Source of the DNA: Octopus vulgaris | Taxonomy: Eukaryota | Length of the DNA stretch: 64,000 nucleotides | Direction of reading: 5' to 3' | NCBI GenBank assembly: GCA_951406725.2 | Contig: OX597814.1 | Coordinates: forward strand, 202,368,001-202,432,000 | Shown here: one piece after another, positions 54,198 through 64,000 of the stretch | Layout of the letters: each line of letters opens with the position of its first letter | Numbering within the stretch: the first letter of the stretch is position 1 | Notes under the pieces: generated by a model | The model's database searches: none | Seen by the model: the letters and a program-made list of their open reading frames with translations, nothing else | What the model was told of the DNA's origin: nothing | Position numbers and translations under genes: made by a program

Positions 54198-54755
54198 TGG
54201 CACTCCGTCGGCCACGACGACGAGCGGCCCAGTTGATCCCATCAACAGAACAGCTTACTCGTGTAATTAACTCGTGTAATTGCCGAGCACTCCTTAAAGT
54301 AGATCTCGAGGAGATTCAACGGGACACACAATGTGACAACGCTGGTCCTTTTGAATAAAGGTACTACTCTTTGGAATAAAGGCGGCGAGCTGGCAGAATC
54401 GTTAGCACGCCGGGTGAAATGCTTAGCGGTATTTCGTCTGCCGTTACGTTCTGATCAAATTCCGCCGAGGTCGACTTTGCCTTTCATCCTTTCGGGGTCG
54501 ATAAATTAAGTACCAGTTACGCACTGGAGTCGATGTAATCGACTTAATCCGTTTGTCTGTCCTTGTTTGTCCCCTCTATGTTTAGCCCCTTGTGGGTAGT
54601 AAAGAAATAGGTACTACTCATTTTTGCCAGCAGAATAGACTGGAGTAATGAGAAATAAAGTGTCTTGCTCAAGAGCACAACGCACCACCGTGTAACGACT
54701 CGCAACTTTACGATCATGAGCTAAAAGCCCTAACCATTTAGCTGCGCACCTAAAC
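54198..54755 (-). mobile_element. SINE family D with nested SINE B (+, 54380-54609)
   Basis: aggtactactc duplicated at 54359-54369 and 54609-54619. Confidence 0.8.
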
Positions 54756-55398
54756 ACACATATAAAGAGAAATGTTAGATGTTTTGCCATTTCTGCAACT
54801 TCTGAGAAACAGTTGGAGTTCTTTTTAGAATGAATGGAATTTTATGGTCAATATTTACCAGAATATTCGGAAACGCTCGAATAATTTGTGGCTTTGTACA
54901 ATAAACTATTGAATTTGTCTGACAAATAGTGAGCAAAGGGCTTTCAATAATTGTTTGAAAAAGTGCTCTTATGAACATCTTGTAGTCAATCCAATGTCAA
55001 CGAAGACGTCACGTCGACAACCGATATTCGTAAGTTGTTTATATCAGGAATTTTATTGCAGGATATACATAGCCGCATAGTTATATATTTTTCGAGGAGA
55101 TTAAAAGAGGGATATTAAGTAGCTCAGATAAACATGATAACATTTTCATCTTTTAGATAAGTACTTAAATGTTTCTCATTTGATTTTGATAACCTTGCTT
55201 CAAAAACTCTGCGTAATCCGATGCTAGGTAAATCATTTATGGAATAAAAAGACGAGAATGGCTTGAATATATCTGCTGCGATATTGAAAGATCGAAAGAT
55301 CTTGTATATACGTCTAAGGTAGATTAACTCCGGGAAAGATATTTTATCGGAAGTACCTCGGGGGAAGTTTATTACAAGTACTCGTGACAGCATCCATT

Positions 55399-55545
55399 CA
55401 CTAGCGTAGCTAGGATGGAGATAGGGGTGGTCCACCCTGGGTGGCACTTTTGGGTCTGCTGTAGGCAATATGTATTTTTTGTGGGGTCCGGGAACAGCAA
55501 ACGGAAGGGCCACCCCGGGCGGCACACACTCTAGCTACGCTAGTG
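55399..55545. mobile_element. hAT-type MITE, 147 bp
   Basis: Perfect 15-bp TIR cactagcgtagctag / ctagctacgctagtg; 8-bp TSD catccatt at 55391-55398 and 55546-55553. Confidence 0.92.
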
Positions 55546-56027
55546 CATCCATTATCGTATTATTGCTACACATAGTCATTTAAAGCTTGAAGTATGGTTG
55601 CATGGCTATAGGCACGAGCGGAGGGCTACAAACATAGATGCCCTATATGTGTGGTGATACAATATATTCTAAAGAGCGGCTACATCAGAGACCCAAAGAG
55701 TTAGGTCTGATTCCGCGTACACATAACATAGATCATGTTTATGTCAATGGTGTCAGATTTTTTTCTTATTTTCTCTTCCTAAGAGAAAGAGTTCAACCGT
55801 AAAACGTGTTACGTAAAATTTTATTCTTGGAAATTTGTGTCCAATCTTTAGGTGTCGAACAAATAAACCGAATTACATAACCTCTGCTTTTCGGCTGCAG
55901 AATATTGGTTACATTTCTAACAAAACACTGCACAACAACCGTAAAAAACTGAAATTTCAGAACGACCAATTGAAACTATTAAGATGGTATCAAAGGCATT
56001 CTTCTCTACTGACTCATTTCTACAATA

Positions 56028-56328
56028 AAATATAACTACACCTGTGCATCTGAAAACCTAACTTGTGCAGTTAAATGCTCAGAATGTGGAGAGAATAACA
56101 TGACGAACCGGAGGATCCTACAGACAACGCATGATCCTGCATAGGTCACGAATTAAAAATACGGTAATACAGATAAATAGGACTCAGTGAACATATAGAT
56201 TCATGTTCAGGTAGGAAAACAACGAAATTTTAAGAGTTTCCTTCAATATCAATTTAGCGAACAGTTAATAACCATGCATCAGCAATGAAGCATCTTTCAT
56301 AACCAAACATCGACCTTTTCTAAATAAC
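56028..56328 (+). pseudogene. Penelope-like GIY-YIG endonuclease relic
   Basis: YTCASENLTCAVKCSECGE, TGGSYRQRMILHRSRI, LSEHIDSCS, NEASFITKHRPFLN (cf. C.S.NLIY...C..C...YIG.T...R...H; E..FI....P.LN), frameshifted. Confidence 0.75.
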
Positions 56329-56454
56329 TATGGGAAAGAAAGGGAGGCAATAACCCATTTGGCAATTCTTGCTGGAGCTGCCACTGTTGTTACTAGTTAC
56401 AATGACACAATTACTATCACGACTATTACAGGCACCAGCATTCCTCCCCCTCCT

Positions 56455-56571
56455 CCTCCTCCTACTACTACTACTACTACTACTATTACTACTGCTGCTG
56501 CTGCTGCTACCACTACTACTACTAATAGCTACCCTTGAATGAGAAAAAACAAGTGTCACTGGTTAAACTTT

Positions 56572-56636
<65 letters not shown>

Positions 56637-56672
56637 TTACTACTACCACTACTACTACTACTGCTGCTGCTG

Positions 56673-56713
<41 letters not shown>

Positions 56714-56726
56714 GCTACTACTGCTG

Positions 56727-56760
<34 letters not shown>
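56455..56760. repeat. (CTA)n/(CTG)n microsatellites
   Basis: Read directly from sequence. Confidence 0.95.
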
Positions 56761-57184
56761 GACCTAGCAGTTATCAGAATGGAATAAACTAGAAATATAA
56801 TGTGACTTTTGTAAGGAAAACATGCCTGCTTCCAGAACTGATGTCACGAAAGACTGATTTCATTTAATTTGTTTCAATGTTCTTTTTTTTTTGTTGTTTT
56901 TTCTTCCTTTTCCTTTCAGCAACACTAAATCGTCATTGTCAGTATTTCTTTTATTCTTTTACTTGTTTCAGTCATTTGACTGCGGCCATGCTGGAGCACC
57001 GCCTTTTTAGTCGAGCAAATTGACCCTAGGGCTTATTCATTGTAAGTCTAGTACTTATTCTATCGGTCTCTTTTTTCCGAACTGCTAAGTTACGGGGACG
57101 TAAACACACTAGCATCGGTTATCAAGCGATGTTGAGGGGGGACAAACACAGACACACAAACATATACAAATACATACATTTATA

Positions 57185-57226
<42 letters not shown>

Positions 57227-57231
<5 letters not shown>

Positions 57232-57602
57232 AGGCACAATGGCCCAGTGGTTAGGGCAGTGGACTCGCGGTCGTAGGATTGCGGTTTCGATTCCCAGACC
57301 AGGCGTTATAAGTGTTTATTGAACGAAAACACCTAAAGCTCCACGAGGTTCTGGCAGGGGACCCTCTGGTGACAAACCCTGCTGTATTCTTTCACCACAA
57401 CTTTCTCTTGTTTCTCTTGTACCTGAATTTCAAAGGAGCCAGCCTTGTCCCACTCTGTGTCACGCTGAATCTCCCCCGAGAACTACGTTAAGGCTACACG
57501 TGTCTGTGGAGTGCTCAACCACTCGCACGTTAATTTCCCGAGCAGGCTATTCCGTTGATCGGACGAACTGGAACCCTCGTCGTCGTAACCGACGGAGTGC
57601 CA
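57227..57602 (+). mobile_element. SINE with family C head and family D body/3' end
   Basis: C-type head to about 57410, then gtacctgaatttcaaagg...cgtcgtaaccgacggagtgcca. Confidence 0.8.
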
Positions 57603-58222
57603 CGAAGGACGATTGTTATACCTAGATTGTCTTCGTTTTGAATTATTTATCTCGTAACAATATTTCCCTCCTCGCCTCTTTCTCTTTCTTTCTCACTTCA
57701 GAATTTACCGTTTCCTCTCCCTATACACAAGCAGTCATAAATTTATTGGAATTTTTCATCAGTTCACTCTTTATCGAAAATTAATTTACTTACACTTACG
57801 TTTATTTCATCATATATTTCTATATTTCTTTAACTGTATCTTTTACAACTCCTTCATAACGTAACTTCCATTTTTATCATTAAAACTACAATCTAAAGAC
57901 AACAATAATATTTGATTTAGTCTCCTTGTAAATAATATCATCGTGAATATGAAATCTCTAAACTACCGTTACACTGAAAACATTTTTAACACTTTAATCT
58001 ATGTTTTTCTATCCGTTTTATTTGAGCTCCATTCATAATATCTAAAACTCTTCTTCTTCTTCTTCTTCTTCTTCTTCTTCTTCTTCTTCTTCTTCTTCTT
58101 CTTCTTCTTCTAGAAAGCTTAAAAGAATTACGTATTCTAAAGTTAACATTTCAAAATTTCATTATATATCGGGAGAGTTCTTATACCAGTAATAAACACT
58201 ATTTCACTTCTTTTATTATTGT

Positions 58223-58254
<32 letters not shown>

Positions 58255-58287
58255 TACTATGACTATTACTGCAACTATTATTATTAG

Positions 58288-58519
58288 AAGCGGCGAGCTG
58301 GCAGAAACGTTAGCACGCCGGGCGAAATGGGTAGCCGTATTTCGTCTACTGTTACGTTCTGAGTTCAAATTCCGCCGAGGTCGACCTCGCCTTTCATCCT
58401 TTCGGGGTCGATAAATTAAGTACCAGTTACGCACTGGGATCGATACAATCGACTTAATCCCTTTGTCTGTCCTTGTTTGTCCACTCTATGTTTAGCTCCT
58501 TGTGGGTAGTGAAGAAATA
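58288..58519 (+). mobile_element. SINE family B monomer
   Basis: Matches the B consensus. Confidence 0.9.
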
Positions 58520-58779
58520 GTTATTTTTTGCAGGTTTACGCTCCGAGTTCAAATTCCTTCAAGGTTGATTACATTCTTCACTCTTTCGGTGTCGATAACA
58601 TAAGAAATAGTTGAGGACAGGGGTTCTATGTAATTGACTGGTCTCCTCTCTCCAAATTTGAAAAACTTTTCCCCACAACAGAAGGGGTTAGTATTATTTC
58701 TATTTGTGGTTTTCTCCTAGTAGTAAGTGTTTCTCTGTACGTCAGGAATTGGGACTTGCTTTGCCTTCGTTCTGACATT

Positions 58780-59480
58780 ATTTGTAAATACTGTGGGGCA
58801 GTTTTTTCTCTGAGGAAATATTTTTAGTTCTGTCAGTCGTCTCTTTCGCCTCTTTGAGTCTGTAAGTATCATAAATTTACGTCTTGTTATATTAAACTGG
58901 AAAGGTATATACAGTAAGATCTAATCTAAGTATTGGTGTGTGTCCGTACCTTCGCTATCGAGATTGGTTATGATAGCCTCATTTTCTTTAATCACCAGAA
59001 TGTCCAAAAGAGGAGTTTCTCTTTCAGTCATCTCCATTATATATAGGATCTATTTACGACTGCTGTGCACTAATTTAGGGAATCTTTTAAGACCTTCCTT
59101 TCTTCTGTCCCAAAATATGAACCAATCATGTCGGAACCATTTCCAGCTTTATTTCAAATAGGATTGGAAATATTGATCAAAAGAAATCCCGGACTGGGCA
59201 TATAATTTTCTTATAGAAATCCCATCACTAGTTTTGCGAATATGGGAGCGATTTTCTTACCCATTGCTCTCCTTTTTATTCGAAGATAATATTGGCTATC
59301 AAAAAAAAAAGTTATTTTCTGGCACCAATCGTAATCCTTTTAGTATACATTCTTATCAAAATTTCTCCAAGAAATACGTGTGGATATTTGTCTACCCAGA
59401 ATTCCATTGCTTCCAATCCTAATCTATGTGCGGGAGTATTTGTATTGAGGCTGGTTGGTCACGTCGAAACTAAACATTAA
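58780..59480 (-). pseudogene. Penelope-like reverse transcriptase relic
   Basis: In order: FSFDVT, LGLEAMEFWVDKYP, FDSQYYLRIKRRAMGKKIAPIFAKLVMGFL, WKWFRHDWFIFW (decayed YIDD), TPLLDILV, TDTHQYLD. Confidence 0.85.
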
Positions 59481-59796
59481 TGTCTCCAAAATTACTCTTT
59501 CTGAAAACCAGGGAGGAACTTACATCATAGTTTAAATTGCTTAATCCTGAAGCGGCTTGACTTAATTTTAAATCAGGCAGTTTGGGATTCTTTACCTATA
59601 GCGTATGGAGATTTTAAACTGTTATAGATTTTTTAGATTTGTAGACTTCCAGTAGTCCACAAAAGTTACATGTTTTTAGCTCAAAATTCATAAAGTAATC
59701 CAACTTCGTTTCCGATAAATTGCTTTTGAATTTGTTCATTTATTTACCAATTTTGTTCATTGCTTATCTGCAATGGTTTCTAAGTTTTATTAGAAA

Positions 59797-60311
59797 CTAG
59801 CAGTATCGCCCGGCGTTGCTCGGGTTTGTAAGGGAAATAACTATATAAGCATTTTTAGAGAGTTACTTCCCTTATAGATGTCAATTCGGGCTTTCTTAGC
59901 CATTTCTGTTTTGGTGTCTTCAAGCCATGAAGTCGTTGTTCTAAAAGAACGCTGGTCTCCTTGACAACGCTTTACGACGTTGATTTCTTTACACTCCCTT
60001 CCCCACAGCTTCACGAGGGAGGGAAGAAGGGAGAGAAGCAAACAGGTGCAGGTGTTTGACCATGGACGCCAACTCCGCCGCCATCAACACACGAAAAATG
60101 ATGCATTAAAATGGAATAAAAAATGATGTTAAATTATTTTTAAAATCGTAGACTCATCGTAGACGCGCGCTAATACTCAGACGGGCTCGATATGAATCAC
60201 GACTATAAGATACCCGAATTTGGTTAAACTGCACCGCAAAATGTGGGAGTAGTTAGGAATCTAAGTCGAAGGGGACAGACACTCACACAACTACAGTTTT
60301 ATATATATAGA
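59797..60311 (-). mobile_element. Complete non-autonomous Helitron, 515 bp
   Basis: Minus strand A|TCtatatatataaaactgtag ... subterminal hairpin (59809-59824) ... CTAG|T; no TSD. Confidence 0.85.
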
Positions 60312-60394
60312 TATTTGTCATTTACTTGTTCTTAGGCCATTTTCCCCGAAATGGGTCATGTCGTTTATTATAATAACTCATCATTTGTCAGCTT

Positions 60395-60927
60395 GTGGAG
60401 GCACGTGGCTTAGTGGTTAGGGTGTCAGCACCATGATCGTAAGATTGTGGTTTCGATTTCTGGACCGGGCGACGTGTTGTGTTCGTGAGCAAAACAATTC
60501 ATTTCGTGTTGCTCCATTTCACTCAGCTCGCAAAAATGAGTAACGCTGCGATGGACTGGCTAGGAACACATACGCCATAGAAACCGGGAAACCGGACCCA
60601 TGAGCCTGGCTAGGCTTTAAAACGGCGCAAGTGGAGGCACATGGCCTAGTGGTTAGAGCAGCGGACTCGCGGTCGAGGGATCGCGGGTTCGAATCCCAGA
60701 CTGGGCGATGTGTGTGTTTATAAGCGAAAACGCCAAAGCTCCATGCGGCTCCAGCAGAAGGTAATGGCGAACTTCTGCTGACTCTTTCGCCACAACTTTC
60801 TCTCACTCTTTCCTCCTGCATCTTGCAGCTCACCTGCGACGGACCGGCGTCCCGTCCAGGTGGTGAACTTATACGCCAATAAACCGGGAAAACCGGCCCT
60901 TATGTGCTAGGCATGGCTCGAGAAGGA
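60395..60927 (+). mobile_element. Two tandem family C-related SINEs
   Basis: Two gtggaggcac heads at 60395 and 60631, each with A/B boxes and agaaaccgggaaa-type 3' region. Confidence 0.88.
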
Positions 60928-61626
60928 ATAAATGCAAAACATTTGTCAGCTTCTTTAATGAGTACAGAAGAATCTTTCTGTAGACATCCCAATACTTTTT
61001 ATTCTTCGTTTGCAGCAGTTGATTCCATATGGTTCGTTCGGAGTGTTCGATAATGTTTTCAGACATGTTACATATTCTTCTAAGTGATTATTCCTGTTCA
61101 TCAAAGACTTAAAGCCCGTTTTGTTTGTTTGTTTCTTTAACGTGTGATGGATTTTGTAATCTGTCTTTGGGGAAAATCACTGCTGTCAGAGTTTCCTGCA
61201 AAATTTCCTGATAGCCTTCAAAAGATATGTTGCATTGGGTAGGAGTGAGTAAATGTGCAAAGTAAACAGTGTCTTTGCAAAGGCTGGAAGCTAAATGCAA
61301 ATGTGACAGTTTATTGATATTTTACAGAGAGAGAGAGCGATCCGTTTGGTTTCATTCAAAAGACAAGTTGGAGTTCGTTAGATTCTTGAAGAATTTCCAT
61401 GAGAAGGCTGGCAGTAATTCATTTCTAATCGCCGGAGATGTACGTAAGTAGTTTTGAGCTCAGAATCAGACATTTTTCTTCATGTTTGATCGCACAATGG
61501 ATTGCGCACCAGTGTTCAATATTTTGAGACAATCAATTAGTAAAAGCGAGTCCAGGACATGAAATATCTAGCATCATATTAGTTTAAGTTGTTGTTGTTG
61601 TTGTTGTTGTGTGTTGTTGTTGTGTG

Positions 61627-61658
<32 letters not shown>

Positions 61659-62190
61659 GGTGGTGGCGGCGGCGGCGGCGGCGGTGGTTTTGTTGTTGTT
61701 GTTGGGTGACGGTATTTAATCTTTGACAATCTCGGATGGAAAAGATTTAAGATGAAAGATATTCCAGCCTTGACACCCCATGCCGTCCTTTTGGGGGTTC
61801 ACATTATCCAATATGCCGTTCTCTTTTCTAAATTTTCTAAAACAGCAGAGTATAATTCGAGGACGATCTGGTTTTATTTCTAGCAGATCACTCGACCACG
61901 TGAAGGCTCCCAATGGACGATGAAAGTCGATGGATACTCTCCATAAATTGAGGATTCTATTTGTTGAGTGGTTAGACTGATTACCGCATTTTGCTCTATG
62001 TTAGGCGCTGCAATCGAGGAAGACGCAGCCTAAGTTTGGAAATGTAGTTCTAAGAAATATTTATTTGTATTCACCAAAGTTCCATCCACGCGATTGGGTT
62101 GTACCCAGCGCGGAAACGAAGTGCCTGATATCAGGCAAAAATTGGTGGGTAAACCAGCAAACCGCTCATACCCGTGGTTGAGCGATACCC

Positions 62191-62911
62191 AATGCTTAGC
62201 GGTATTTCGTCTGTCTTTACGTCCTGAGTTCAAATTCCGCCGATTTCGACTTTACCTTTCATCCTTTCGGGGTCGATAAATTAAGTACCAGTTACGCACT
62301 GGGGTCGACGTAATCGACTTAATCCGTTTGTCTGTCCTTGTTTGTCCCCTTTATGTTTAGCCCCTTGTGGGCAATAAAGAAATAGGAAACGTTAGTATAC
62401 TGGGCAAAATGCTTAGCGGTATTTCGCCCGTTGTTTAGTTTCTGAGTTCAAATTTCGCCGAGGTCGACTTTGTATTTCTTTCTTTCGGGATCGATAAATT
62501 AAGTACCAGTTGTGTACTAGGGTCGATCTAATCGACTGGTCCCCTCCCCACAAAATCTAGGCCTTGCGCCTATAGTAGAAAAGATGATTTGGATTGCTAA
62601 TTTCTTTTCCTTCTAAAAAGGACAGACAAACGGATTAAGTCGATTACGTCGACCCCAGTGCGTAACTGGTACTTAATTTATCGACCCCGAAAGGATGAAA
62701 GGCAAAGTCGACCTCGGCATTTCGCCCGGCGTGCTAACGTTTCTACCAGCTCGCCGCCTTTACCAATACAAATAATCCTTTCTATTACAGGCACAAGGCC
62801 TGATGTCTTGGGGGAGGGGACTAGTCAATTACATCGACCGCAAAATTTCACTGGTACTTAGTTTATCGACCCGAAAGGATGAAAGGCAAAGTCGACCTCT
62901 GCTCACCGCCT
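62191..62911. mobile_element. SINE B dimer (+, to 62585) abutting SINE B units (-, 62618-62911)
   Basis: B cores in both orientations. Confidence 0.85.
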
Positions 62912-63023
62912 TTACCAATCAAAATAATGCCAAGCGTGTCAAAGACGTTCCAGCATTCATCCAAATCCATCCCTGGCAAATTTTATATTAAATTATTATA
63001 GTAATTATTATAGTAATTATTAT

Positions 63024-63189
63024 AGGCGCAGGAGTGGCTGTGTGGTAAGTAGCTTGCTAACCAACCACACGGTTGCGGGTTCAGTCCCACTGCGTGGCAT
63101 CTTGGGCAAGTGTCTTCTGCTATAGCCCCGGGCTGACCAATGCCTTGTGAGTGGATTTGGTAGACGGAAACTGAAAGAAGCCTGTCGTA

Positions 63190-63264
<75 letters not shown>

Positions 63265-63467
63265 CTGTGTTTATCCCCCTAGCATTGCTTGACAACCGAT
63301 GCTGGTGTGTTTACGTCCCCGTAACTTAGCGGTTCGGCAAAAGAGACCGATAGAATAAGTACTGGGCTTACAAAGAATAAGTCCCGGGGTCGATTTGATC
63401 GACTAAAGGCGGTGCTCCAGCATGGCCGCAGTCAAATGACTGAAACAAGTAAAAGAGTAAAGAGTAA
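63024..63467 (+). mobile_element. SINE family A, full-length reference copy
   Basis: A-box TGGCTGTGTGG, B-box-like GGGTTCAGTCCC, internal (TA)n(TG)n, ggggtcgat..tcgact hairpin, gtaaaagag tail. Confidence 0.92.
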
Positions 63468-63583
63468 GCTTTTTCAAAATAAGCAAATTAACCATTCCTC
63501 TAATATTCCTAAAATATCCGGTCATTTCAATCCAACTTAGATTGCAGCACTTAATACCTGAAAACACTTTACATTGCATACAT

Positions 63584-63759
63584 AGACGCAGGCATGGTTG
63601 TGTGGTGAGAAGTTTGCTCCCCAGCCATATGGTTCCGGGTTCAGTCCTACTGCATGACACCTTGGGCTAGTGTCTTCTATTGTAGCCTCGGGCCGACCAA
63701 AGCTCTGTGGGTGGATTTTATGGATGGAAACTGAAAGAAGCCCGTCGCATATGTGCACG

Positions 63760-63811
<52 letters not shown>

Positions 63812-64000
63812 CGTGCGTGCATACGTGTGCGTGTCTGTGTTTGTCTCGCACTACTGTTTGACAACCAGTGTTGGTATGTATACGTCTCCGTACACTAGCG
63901 GTTCGGCAAAAGCGTCCGATAGAATAAGTACCACGCTTTAAACAATAAGTATTGCGGTTGATGCGTTCGAGTAGAGTTCTTGAAGGCGGTGCTCCAGCAT
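63584..64000 (+). mobile_element. SINE family A, diverged, runs off the window
   Basis: Collinear with 63024-63467. Confidence 0.85.

Overview
AT-rich eukaryotic, repeat-saturated DNA. The SINE families and extreme microsatellite load look like an Octopus (coleoid cephalopod) genome; this is recognition from memory, not a search. No intact host gene, true tRNA/rRNA gene or CRISPR array is supported, and nearly all ORF-track entries are microsatellite or SINE read-throughs. The window contains four dispersed tRNA-derived SINE families (labelled A-D here) and many 5'-truncated R4/Dong-like restriction-like-endonuclease (RLE) retrotransposon tails sitting in (TAA)n, plus a non-coding TAA-embedded partner (element E). 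It also holds RTE tails, decayed Penelope-like RT and GIY-YIG pieces, a Gypsy integrase relic, two Tc1/mariner relics, non-autonomous Helitrons, a hAT MITE and several hammerhead-ribozyme (HHR) motifs. Best candidate for an undescribed system: a tRNA-promoter + (TAA)n + minimal-hammerhead element inserted as a head-to-head dimer (15131-17234) between 13-bp direct repeats, i.e. a probable Pol III, Penelope-dependent ribozyme-SINE whose internal (TAA)n was later colonised by Dong-like elements. A canonical type I HHR lies at 27763-27818. Boundaries of decayed repeats are approximate, and only representative SINE copies are listed.
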